This document shows, in pieces, positions 39,126-51,780 of a DNA stretch of 64,000 bases. The stretch's first letter is position 1. Each line of letters opens with the position of its first letter. The notes beneath the pieces were generated by a model. It ran no database searches, was not told the DNA's origin, and saw only the letters and a program-made list of their open reading frames with translations. Source of the DNA: Camelus ferus (lineage: Eukaryota); assembly GCF_009834535.1 (NCBI RefSeq), contig NC_045696.1:31188001-31252000 (forward strand), read 5' to 3'. A program made the position numbers and the translations under genes.

Positions 39126-42100
39126 GAATAGTTAACCATTAACCATATCACAGACTCCAGCAATTCCTTTTGAAGTTTGAAAGTTTGCAAAAGTTTGGAA
39201 AGAAGAGATTGAGATCTATCCTTTGACTTTGTTACCATAATTCCCTTCCTGTTTCAGATCATATTTAACACATTGCTTGGCCTTTTATCTCAGTTTCTTC
39301 TGTAAAATGAAGTGTTGGACTAGATGATATTTGCAAACATGTATGTCTTCAATATTCCATAGTACAAAATTTATAGAAGCTTTCTCTCAACATTCCATAC
39401 TTGGGTTTAAATAATTTACTGGGGTTCATTTGTTTATTGATTTTTATTTTAGCTTTGATTTCCTCTTGAGAGTACCTGAAGACATGGAATCCTCTCTGCT
39501 CTAACGGTTTCTCCCAGGCCTGCTGTAGAATGCACAATGCAGTAAGAACCTTAAAGCTAAAGGAATTGGATGTGCAATGTGGAATCTCAATGTCCTAGGG
39601 AAAAAAAGAGAAGTTCTTAGCAGGAGAATCAATAAGGAACAAAAAAGTATAAAAAACTGTGAATACAGTCCCAGGGAGAGGAATCAAAGTGGCTCACACA
39701 AAGACACAGCACTGACCACATTAATCAACTGGAAAAGGTTCAGAGAAAAGACTTCATGATTCTCATAATAAAGGTAGAGGAAGTTCAGAAAAGGCTTTAA
39801 GAAAATACTCTGAGGTTGGTTGATCTCCCAGAGGGCATAAGACAGCCAAATGTGGAAGTGTTCATAAAACAAAGAGATAAAAGAAAACACAGCCCGAAAG
39901 ATCTCTCTACTGCACACTGACCCAACTTACCACCTTGGAATTTTTGTTAGAACACTGATGTTTAAATAGCTAAGCAGAGGGAAGTTGCATTAAGCTAAGT
40001 CTTCCAGAAAAAAACAAAACTACTGAGGCTGAGGAATGCTCTTATAGCTATACCAAGATTTATTTCATAATCAGAGCTACATAGTAATACTGTATAGAAT
40101 AGAAAGGCAAACCACACTCTTGAAACTACAAAATAGTAATAAGCTCTTTCTAAATTGATAAATATCTTGCTCCTTTCCCAGGCCTAACAAGCCTTGAAAC
40201 TCATGAAACCTAGAAAAATGGAAAACAAAAACAAAAACAAACTCGACTTTGCAACACTAAAGGAACAAAAGGTAAAACATGATTGAAATATCTAAACTGT
40301 ATGATCCATTTATTTAAAAAATCCAGACTGGGAACCACTAGGGAATTTTTGAAAACAGACCTATTTTAATGTAGGTGGATACAGACAGACATGCCAAGAA
40401 GAGAAAATTCAGTAAAACTCGAGGGAATGTTGTCTGTCTCTACTTTAAGAAGTATATAATAATGCATCCTTTTCTAAATTTACAGACTTTCCATTGTTAA
40501 AAACTTAAAGATTAACACTTAGCATCAAAATTGAACCTGTGTGTGGGGAGGGGAGAGTGAGGAATATTATCAGAGATTAATATGGCATCCTGTGATAAGC
40601 AGAAAGCAATATGGCAGATTCTGTGTAAATAAAATCCATACACTTCAAAAGGGATATTTATAGTATATAATTTAAGAGGTATTCTTGTATTTTTCCAAAT
40701 TGATCTTACAGGCATATTTTACTATTTTAAGAGTGACCGATTTAAATCTCTAATTTATCCAGTCCATAAGTAATGTTTTGTCATGAATATTCAATAAAAC
40801 TAAGGTAGTATATTTTTCAGTAAGAGTTACTATTTATTTTGTAATGAAATCCTGAGTTTAGAGTACTAACTTCTGTAAACCTTAAAAAAATGCTATTTTC
40901 CACAACAGATAAATAATATAAAGATAAATATTAAATGCATAGATTCCATATTTCATACTGGAAATGTTGTACAAAATAAAACTGACTGAATCTTAATACA
41001 TGACTCTACAGTTTGAACACCTTTCAGATTTAAAGAGGGAAAAATTATAGACATTTATTTACATTGTGTAGTGGATGAATAGCAGAATTAACTCATTGAG
41101 GTTCAATTAAGTTGTCTTCAGAGAAAATGGCAGTAAGAATTATAAAAGGAATAATAAATTGGTCTATGGCTTTCACTCCACATGAATAGTTAGCTATGAA
41201 GTGTCATAAAGATGACAAAAATTCTCGAAATACAATTCATTTTAATTGAAAACAATAATACATTATTATGCATTTTTAGAAGGAAGTAGGACACTGTATC
41301 TAAACAAAAGAAAGGGTATTACAGTGTTTGATATTGAAAAAAATCAATGAATGGTATTTTCATTGAATTTGCACTTATTGTTTTAATTTGTTAAACAGGA
41401 TTGTAGAATTTTACAGCTATATACTTGGTGGACACATATTTTTTTGTAAGCTGGAACACATGCAGCGTAGCTGAAGAACAAAAATAGGAAGAAAGTAGAG
41501 TTTATTCTTGAACTTTGTATCTATTCTTGAATCATATCATCACACTTCCACAAAGAGTAATTTTTAATACAGCAAAGTAATGCACACTCCTTTTACTGCT
41601 GTTATTAAATGCTTTTCAGGTTTCACTTTTAAGGACTAGTTTATTTTGCATAATTCTTTTGCCAATAACCAAGGCAGAATTTCCTGCCAGACTTAATATT
41701 TAGCTGTACAAAATGATCACATAAATGATATGTTGCGTAAATCATCTTACTTAAGGAATTCTTGGTTGAACTATGTTGTTCTACATAATATAATTCATAT
41801 AATAAACCAAAGAAAGAAGTAAATAATGATAATTCTGCTATCTTTTTATTTGTCAATTAAGTTAGATTTCCTCATTTGAAGAAACCAGACAGTCCCCTCA
41901 AAGCACACAATTGCTATGTTCTCATTACATTAATTTTCTAGTTCTTATTTATATAGATAATATTTTTTCATGATTCCCCATCATTCAGTTATCAATACCC
42001 TACATGGAACACTTTTTTAAAATTTATATGTTAAATTTCATGCTATTCATCTGTGCATTTTTCCAAGTTTAATAAAGATCATTTTATTTGCCTGTCAAAT

Positions 42101-42334
42101 AAATTTACACCTAATTATTTATCAAACTGCTATAATCATTTAACCTAGACAATAAAGCAAGAACAATTTTACTAGAGACCTAAGTTTTTCCCATTTCCCC
42201 TTTGGGAGAAACGTTGGAAAGGAAAAAAGGGGTTGAGGGAATTAAATCACAGTAAAAGAGGAAAATTTGGGATGATGAGTAAGTTTATGAGACAGTGTGT
42301 GCATTTGCACGTACATACAGCACATTCCTCCCCT

Positions 42335-42550
42335 AAGATCCTCTGCCTTCCTCTCCCTTCCATTTCCCTTTTCTCCTTCCCCCTGCCTTCCTCTACTCCA
42401 CCTCACCTGTCACACTCTTTCTCCCCTATTCCATCCACCCATTCATCCATCCATCCATCACCACAGGAATGTATGTATGTATATATGTACGAGTATATCT
42501 ATCATCTATTTAATTATCCATCTAATCTGTCTATATATCTATCTAATCTG
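42335..42550. repeat. Pyrimidine-rich low-complexity tract with (TCCA)n and (TCTA)n-like repeats
   Basis: Direct reading; explains ORFs 42233..42607 and 42297..42593. Confidence 0.85.
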
Positions 42551-42699
42551 GAAATCATTATTTCAGTACAACACAATCCAAAACTTTGGTTAATAAATCA
42601 AAACTGATTTCCAATTTAAGTTGAAAATTTGCATAAATAAAAGGCCTGACTCTGGAATCTGTCAATATTATGGTCAGTTAGTGCTTATCAGTTAGTACT

Positions 42700-44640
42700 T
42701 TATTTTTAAGACAGAAGCTCTTTAATTAAAATATACATATGCCCCAAACCATTCACACCTAAAAAAATTTACAGTAATTCTAATATTAAATAATCTGCCA
42801 GTGTTTGCATTTCCTCAATTGTCTGATGCCTTATAACTGGTTTTACAATTTGTTTCAATCAGGAACCACGACAAAAAGGTCAGTACTTGCCATATATATT
42901 TCTCTTGAAATTCCCTTAGCTTATAATATCCCTACCTCTATATTGATTACTTCACAAAAACGTTGAAGAAACTGGGCCACTTATCTTGTTTCGTGATTTT
43001 GCTAAATATCTCCATGCAATATCATTGACCATAGTGCCGTGTCACCTGCATTTTCCTTAAAATGAGTGCTAACTCTATAATCCTGGTCTGATTCTGTTTT
43101 GTTTGTTTGCTTGTTTGTTTTGTTTTTTCCAAGAATACTTCAAAGGATGTGTAGTCTTCCATCAGGAAAACACATACATGATGATAATTATTTTTCCTAT
43201 TCCATAATTAGTGATGAATTTAGCTCCTCAGTTCCATTATTTCCTTACAGAGTGCACACTCTGTCAGCCCTTCTTCACGTCTAGCTGCGACACTATAAAG
43301 AGCAATTTTCCCTTCGAGGTTCTTTGCTACCCTGAGGCAGAGTTTGCCCTGGGAGGCAAATTTAAAGTTTATTTCTCTTCATTTGCAAATATTCACAATT
43401 TGAAGTTGCTTTCCAGAATAATTCAAAGGTGATCTATGTGCTATTACTATACGTTTTTGAGTAACACGATACCCTAGATTCAAATTAACATGTTTCAATA
43501 CTTGAAAATTATTATGTTTAGTGATGCTCAAAGCTGCCCCATCTATGGCCAATGGGAGCAAATTTGGGACAGCTTCTACATCTTCTTGACATGACCTCTA
43601 ATCTCTAATAATTTCCTTCTTTCTTGGTATGACAAAATATTTGGGAATTTCTTGCCATAGAATTGGAATCAGTTCTCATTCACACTAGTGGGAATGATAT
43701 TAAGAGGTCATAATCTTTCAACAGTGATATTCATTGGTCATTGTATCTTTTCCTTTTCCAGGGATAAAGCTAGAAAGTACAAATACACATACACATACAT
43801 ATATATCTTAATAAGAAAATAAATTGTAAGTTCATTCTGATATTTCCAGATCATATCCAGGGTTCTGGATCTTTACTTCTTTGATTTTATGATTATGTGT
43901 TCCTTATCTTAAAAATTGGCTTCATAATTTCATTGTCATAATTAATAACTTGCTTTTTCCTACAAGACATTTTCAGAATAAAAATACAAATATTACTATC
44001 AACAATATAAATAGTGCAAACAGTTTATATTTTTCTTTGCAGTTCCTTTTCTCTTTGGGACATATCCCATCAGTCAGATTACTGCATTTTAAAAATCACT
44101 TGACATATTCGCTCTATCTGAGCCATGCAAACGGCTAGATATAACTAAATTCATTTGTTTTACCTTAGTTTTATTTTTCAGGATTTGCTCTTCTAATATA
44201 ATTTTGCTTTATTATTATGGAAAACATGTCTATGCATCCAAAGCTAATTGCACAAACAGAGAACTATGACTTTCTTTCATGTGCTCTCTACCCTGTTCTC
44301 TCTCTCTATATGTGCATAATAGATAACCATACTACTTTAACTTACTGGTTTATTTCATGTTTGTGTGTTTGTTGTTTGATATAAACTATATACATGCATT
44401 TGTTCATGTATAATCCATTCTTTCTTAGATAAATGGAAGCATACTATTCATAATATTGTGTAATTTATTTTTACTTAACATATCCAAGGAAGCTATTAAT
44501 ATCAGTGTATAAAACACATCTTCATTTCTTTTCAAGCTCCGCAGTCTCACACTGGGTGCATGTATTATAGTTTATTCAATTAATTCCCTATTGAAGGATA
44601 TCTGGATTAAATACAGTCTTTCACTATTGGTTTAAACTTG
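42700..44640 (-). mobile_element. Old L1 3' end (L1MC/L1ME-like)
   Basis: CCCCATCTATGGCCAATGGGAGC, GACATGACCTC...TTCTTGGTATGACAAAAT and TTTATTCAATTAATTCCCTATTGAAGGATATCTGG resemble reverse old-L1 3' sequence. Boundaries approximate. Confidence 0.6.
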
Positions 44641-44899
44641 CTTTTTCTAGCTTTTATCATTATGTATTTTTTTATGTCACTGTTTTGTTATTTATCTCTT
44701 TAATATGATTCAAACATATAAGTATATAAAAAATCATGTATAAATCATATTTTGTGTTTGAATTGACCTTTTTAATATAAATTTATCTATTATTATTTTT
44801 TCTTATAACTGCTATTCCATAAACTCTAGTTGCTTGTTTTTCATTATTATTTCCAAGATGTTCTGCAATTTCAGTCGGTATTTTACATTAGACCCAATA

Positions 44900-46280
44900 G
44901 TTGATGAATAAAAATGTTTGAAATTTCAAGAAGAGTTTGTTTTTGATTTTTTCTTTTGTCATGGAGTTCTAATTTTATTGTAGTTTGGTCCAAGAATGCT
45001 CTTTCTAGTATTTTTTAACTTGTTACTATGGATCTTTTAGGTTGCCCAAGGGATAGTCAAGCTTCATGAATATGCAGTTTGGAATCACAAACCCAAACAA
45101 GAGAGAACGTCATCCCTACAGAAATTTCCTTCGTGGCTCCTTCTGTTTCAATTCCTGTACTCATTTACCCAGAGAAAACAACAATTCTGATTATTTTCTA
45201 GCACTTGTTAATCTGGCTTTTTCTAGAAATTCACTGAAATGAATCATACAATGAAGAGTCTTTTGTGTAAGGATATAATTTTAACTTCAATTTTTTTCTA
45301 ATATAAATTTTAAGACCCTCATTTCTTGCTTCTTTTGTATTACTGGAATATTTGTAGACTTTTATTTTAGTTTATTTAATGACATTTCAGATAAAACTAT
45401 TTGTACATATTTTCAGTGCTTGTTCTTGGGATTAAAACAGACCTCCTTAAGTTTTCATAGTCTGCTAGAAGTAACATACTTACACCTGACATAAAATGTG
45501 GAAACCCTGTTACTGCATGTAACTATTTGCCCACTTCAGGTCCTTTATACTATAGATACACATGCTATGTCTACATGTGTTTTAAATCCTAAAAGACAAT
45601 GATATAATTTTACTTTAAAATAATAATACATTGTTAAAAATGTTAAAAGGAAAAACATATCCTTCTTCATTATTTTGTTCTTTGAGTCTTCTTCCAGATT
45701 TAATATAATTTAATACCATTTCATATCATTATACTTCATCTTAAAGAACTTCTTTTAGCATTTCTTAAAGTTCAGGTTTTCTGACAAGAGATTTTCTTTG
45801 TTTTTTTATTTGAAAACATTTTTATATCAATTTCATTTTTAAAAGATATTCTCAGTGGATGTAGAAATCAATTTAGGTGGCACTTAAAAAAATACGTTGT
45901 TCCACTGTCTTCAGGGCTCCACTGTTTCTGGAAGAACGTCAATAACTATTCAAAGCATTATTCCTCTGTGTTTAATATGCTGCTTCCCCTGGCTGCTCAT
46001 AAGATTCATCTTGATTTTCTTTTTATCTTGGTTTTCAGTAGCTTGATGAGAAGCCTACATAATTTTCTTTGTTTTTATTATATGTGGGTTTTGCTGGGCT
46101 TCTTGAATGTATAAATTTGTATCTGTCACTACTTTTGCAAAAATTTCAGCTATTATTTCTTCAAATATTATGTCTCTTTTTGAGACTCCAATTACAGATA
46201 TCTTAGATTTTTGATATTGTTCCATGTGACCCTAAATATCTGTTCATTTATTTTTCAAACTTTTCTCTGTTCTTAAATTT
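44900..46280 (-). mobile_element. Old L1 ORF1/ORF2 fragments (composite)
   Basis: CTAATTTTATTGTAGTTTGGTCCAAGAAT; TTTAGCATTTCTT...TTTTAAAAGATATTCTCAGTGGATGTAGAA; AATTTCAGCTATTATTTCTTCAAATAT. Confidence 0.7.
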
Positions 46281-46486
46281 GTACAGGAAAAAAAAAACAA
46301 CTTTATTAGTCTAGGGTTTCTAAGTGAATATTAAAGAATCAAACATTGCTTTTGATGGGGTAATATTATGATGTAAACATTAAGTTTTAGCAATTGAAAT
46401 GGTGAAGTTTGTTACAGTGTGTTATCATATTCAGACAGCTTCACTCTGTTTACTGATTTACCCATTTATGTATCAATAATCTACAA

Positions 46487-46697
46487 CAGAGGCTGTAAAC
46501 TGTGGCCCACGGGCTGGCCATCTGTTTTTCTAAACAAATTTGTACCGATTTACAGGTATATCCTTTTATTTATCTATTTTCTATGTTTTTGTACTACAAT
46601 GCCAAAGTTAAATATTTGCAACAGAGATCAGAAGAACCAGATGCCTAAAATATTACTATCTGGACCTTTAAAGAATAAGTTTGAGAGTGCCTAATCT
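46487..46697. mobile_element. MER58A-like hAT-Charlie MITE
   Basis: CAGAGGCTGTAAACTGTGGCCCACGGGC...GCCTAAAATATTACTATCTGGACCTTTAAAGAATAAGTTTG. Confidence 0.8.
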
Positions 46698-47994
46698 AGA
46701 GTATAGATAATTGAAAATCAAAATATACCAAAATACCCTTAAATGAACGAGGTTACGAAAATAGGAAGCATTACTAGAAGCAAATTATAAACATTTTTCT
46801 GAGAATTATATGTGGATAATTCATTAAACACATATTTAATGAATAAAGAGTCCCCCCTGAGAAGTACATTCATTATGTGATTTTGAATACAAAACATTAG
46901 AAACAGTTTTTTCATTTATAAAAGGAAAATCATCACTGATATTAAATGACATAGTAATTAATTGAAAATTAGCCTAGTGAAATCCATATGTACTAACTAT
47001 TGCCTAAGGAAGAAACATATATTTTAAAGTAATTTGACAAGAAGTCAGGAAATATACTACTATTTTTCACTTGTCTATTATCTGGCTAATGCACTTAAAA
47101 AATTAAAAATTAATTTCAGTTATATGGTAAAATATATTGAAGATTTATACAAATAATAAAAATACTTTTCTCAAATAGCTAAAGGGCATTAATAATCCCA
47201 TCATTAAAAATTATGCAAGCAATTCATTTAAAATAAATCAAAGTGAATATACATAAGATATTCTTATAAATAAGAATTTTAAGAATTTAGGAGATATCAT
47301 TAGATTTCTAGGTACTAAATTTAATCATCAAATAAAGATTATCAATCATTTTAAATGTATTGATAGACTGGAGAGACAATCCAATGCATTTATTATATAC
47401 AAATTGATTAAAAATTAAATCAATATATCATTTTATATGAATAGAGAATAAAAAGTTCCTGAGACTGTTCAAAAGTAGGACAGAAATAACTATTAAAGAA
47501 ATTAATATTCAGCTAAGTATCTCAGAAAAAGATTGGGGAAAATTGATGAATTCAGATCTGTGACTGGCAGGTTCAAGGACAGAAACTTTATCACATCAAC
47601 AGGAAAGGAAATCCTAGAATAAAGACCCCTATGCTGAAAACTCAATCCTTTCATTAAGATCATGAGTGAAACCTGATGAGTGGAGACTCTATGAAGACTG
47701 GCCAAAAATCACTTGATCACAACAATGACTGTACATACATTTTAACTAGTACTTGCTAAATTCAAGTCATTCTTAAAGGACATTATATGTCAAAGAAAGA
47801 TGACAATAAGAGCTCATGTTTATATAGCAATTAATCTACTTTAGGCACTGTTCTAAGTGCTTTAAAACATTAACTGATGTAATCTTCACAAAATTTTGAC
47901 AGCTTCTCTATATCCACAGACCCACATTAACTGTCCTAGAAACCTGTTCTTAACTCCAATTCTACCACAAAACCAAATTTTAAAGAGAAAAATA

Positions 47995-48590
47995 TTGATT
48001 TCTGCAACCTTTGGAGGTCCCCAAGACTATACTCACTCTGCACACAAACTACATGTCCAAAGGTCCTCCAGTTCAGTAATTCACTCGGACTCACAGAACG
48101 CACTGATAGCTGTTATATCACAGTCACTGCTTCATGGAATGAAAAGTTAAAGTTAAAATCAGCCATGGGAACAGGTGCATAGGGTAGAGTCTAGAGGAGT
48201 TCCAAGTTTGAAGCTTCCAGTAGTACTCTTCCAGTGGAGCTGTGAATAGCACAGTGCCCAGCAGTAGCAATACACATAGAGTATGGCCAACAAGAAAGTC
48301 ACCGAAGCCCTATAACTAGAATCTTAGTGGGGTTTGGTCATGTAAACACGCCTGACTGCCCATGCGGCTACTTTAGACTCTAACCTCTCCAGAGGTCTGG
48401 CTGATACCTTCTGGTTCAAACGTCCTACCAAAAATTATTGTCAGTACAGACTATCAGGCAGTTTCAAGGTCACCAGTAAACAAAGTAATTTTATCAGGTA
48501 GGAAATTCCAAAGGATTGGAGATTATCTTCCAGAAAAATGAGTTTTTTTTTTTTTTTCCAGAACTCTTTTTGAGTAAGGTTAAATAAACT
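47995..48590 (-). mobile_element. MER21C-like LTR
   Basis: GGTCCCCAAGAC...GGACTCACAGAACGCACTGATAGCTGTTATA...TTAAAATCAGCCATGGGAACAGGTGCATAGGGTAGAGTC...AAGCTTCCAG. Confidence 0.8.
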
Positions 48591-51574
48591 AGCTAAGATT
48601 TATCTTGATTGAGCTTTTTATGATCAATAAATATGGAAGGTAGCAAAAAAAAAAACACTTTTCAGATATATATTAAAGGATATAGTACTATAACTAATGA
48701 TAAACACAAAAATATATCTAGTTGTACATTCCATCTTATCCAAATATGTTACGTCTCTAAATGGTGCACTTAAAATCCATTTCAAATTATTGTTACATGA
48801 CTTCAAAAGTATCCTGTGTATTTTTCTGCACTTGAAAAATGGAAAATAACTTTGGTAAGGAAGATATACTCAAAATGATTATTATAATTTATTCCCCTCC
48901 TGTCATGGATGCAAGAGATTTCTAAGAAAGATATAACCTAAAATTCAGTAACAACAAAGTATCCCGCAATTTCTTGTTTGGGGTAAGTAAAAATTTACCT
49001 AATTATGAATAAAACTCTTATTAACAAGATATTAAAAAATGTAGTAAAGGACAAGTATAAACCCTTACTTTGTAGTCAACACAAGGTACAAAAATGACAC
49101 AGTAGAGAATGCATAGTGTAGAGTAGCTAAGCTGTTCAGGCACAATTTGCAATGCCTTATATAAATATTTGTTTCCTGGCTTTATGAGTTGAAATTAAAA
49201 AGTGAATCTACTTTTAAATAAGTTTACTATGCTGAACTAAACATGGTAAACTCCATGTAACAATGGAGAAATACGCCTGTTTGTATTACGGTATGAACAT
49301 GCATAAATCAAATATTTTGCTTGTTTTGGACTATGCAGAACGTGGTAACGTGGAATTACCTTTCAATATTTGTGATACAGCTATTAGGACATAGTAACTG
49401 CTGGCATTCTGACTTCTAGCTTTAATCACGACTTGCACTGAAAATAAAATGCATCATTTTTGGACATTCATTTTCAATTTCATCTGCCAAGTAGAATGTT
49501 ATCATGTACAAGATCAATAGAGTGATCTGACCAAACACACAAATCAGATTATTCTCTCTCTGTCTTCCACCACTAAAATTTTAAACCTACAACAGAACAT
49601 AATATATCATTCAAAGGTTTCTAATATTCTGCAACATTTTCTATAGCACACAAGAGAATTTCTTTTGGCAAGCTAATGAAATCCAACTAATTGGATATTT
49701 TATTTAATACCAGCTCCATTAAGGTCATGTTTATAGTGTCATTAATCAACTTTCCCATTTTCTATTAACAGATTCATAGTAAATAATGCACACTTTATTT
49801 TAGATTGTCTATTTTGTACATTGAATGTCCATTAAAACTACATTTATTTTTCAGAGATGTCTCATAAAAAGTCTCGGAGGAGCTAATATTACGCAAATTC
49901 TTTGGTTAAACTCATAAGCTATGATTTCTGATTATTAAGCCAAAAGTATATTTTTAAAAAAGTATTGTGTTGAAAATCTATCTCAGAAGGAGGGAATCAC
50001 TCTTTTTCAAGGATATTTTCAGCTCCTAGTAAAAACTGGTTGTAAAAAAAGGTGTCTAACAAATACATTTCGAATAAAATTAATTTAGATATATGTTATA
50101 GAACTTCCATAAAGAGATATCTACAAGCAGCTTCAGGCTTCTGGAAAGTGTTAAACATTTCTCATGATAACTAATCTAATAACCACCCCAATAATAGAAT
50201 GAAAGATTTCATCATAACCTATTACTTCCTCTTCCTTTTTCACAATCCATTCTGCTCACAGTTATCAAGGGACAGCCATCAAATACGTGCATCTTTCAAT
50301 ACTTTCTTAAGCTAACAGTAAATACAAAATACAGGCCAAAGTAAATGCAGGCCACAGTTGATGCTTTTACATGTGCTGCACCATATCAGGGAAGTACATC
50401 ATTTTAACACCATGAGAAATTTGATTTAAGTGGAAACAGCACGTTCGTCATCTCAGAGATTTTTATTCTTATTTTTCAGATGGAAAGGGCACAAATGTAT
50501 TTGTTTGTATAAACTCTGTACAGGCAAAATCAGGCTGATTCGATAGCAGGAAAAATTCTCATTAGCAGTAGGTAATCAGTGAGTAACACAGCAAGAGAAA
50601 ATGCTTTATTTTCTAATTTCTAATTCTAATCTTTATTTATTTTCTAATATATTAATTTATTTGCATGATTATTTTATACAAATATGACTCCTTATTATAG
50701 TTAAATAAATAGAAGTATTTTTGTTTTTAAAAATGTCACAAACTACACATTCATTTTAAAAAATGTTTTAAAAGCGGACTTACCTTTGAAGTACATAATC
50801 AATAAGCCATCATTTTGTTATGTATGTCATGAGATTTTACAAAATTGCCTATACCTATAATACTTTGATTTAAATCCAGATTTTAAAAAATTCTAGGTTA
50901 ATGCAAAATCGAATTACAGTATAGTATTCATAGTGAAACCCAACCTACCTCCATGCCCTCACATATACAAAATCCCCTATATTATAGCTCAAAACAGTGT
51001 GCCTTTATCTAAGGTCAACCGAAATTTGCCAGGACTCATGGTTTTCCCATCAGTTTGGCTAAATGAGTAATTATCAACAGCAATTACTCTACTGCCCCGT
51101 CTAGAACCTATGTGTCATTATTCACTGGCCCATTCCTTTCCTCACTCCCACAAACCACAAATGGATTCTATTTTCTAAATGTCTCCAATTTGTTCTCCTA
51201 CCATTTGCCACAATTTGATCATTATTTCATTAACTTTCTCTGAATTTCTGTGAGTTATCACTGTTGCCTGACAAGTCGCTGTTCTCCACTCTTTGGTTGA
51301 ATCATGTCATTCCCCCTCCTTGAAAATATTCAGCAATATCATTTTAACCAAATCACCATATTTCTCTCATTTGCTCCAGTGACATCTTATTTAATTCACC
51401 ACATAAGTTATAAAAAATATTGTCAATGCATGTCTTTTTTCTCTGTGTTTAGGTATTTGAGAACATCATCCCTTAAGATAGATTATCCTCTTAAGGTAGA
51501 TGACTTCAAAAGTATCCTGGATATTTTCCTATGCCTGAACACTGGAAAACATCTTTGGTAGGGAAAATATATTA

Positions 51575-51780
51575 CATAGTCCTGTCTCTACACTTACTTA
51601 GCTGTGTAATCTTGGTCAAGTTAAACACTCTGTACCTCAATTTTCTCATTTGTTAAATGGAGATAACAGTAGAATTTATCACATATACTCCATGTGAAGA
51701 TTGCATACAATAACATGTTAAAGCATACAGATTAGTGCCAGAGGCACATTAAGCACTATATCAATATTAACTCTTATTTC
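51575..51780 (+). mobile_element. MIR
   Basis: CACTTACTTAGCTGTGTAATCTTGGTCAAGTTAAACACTCTGTACCTCAATTTTCTCATTTGTTAAATGGAGATAA...GGCACATTAAGCACT. Confidence 0.88.

Noticed and set aside
42233..42607. 124-aa ORF, longest in the window
   Set aside because: Open only because of pyrimidine-rich low-complexity and tetranucleotide repeats.
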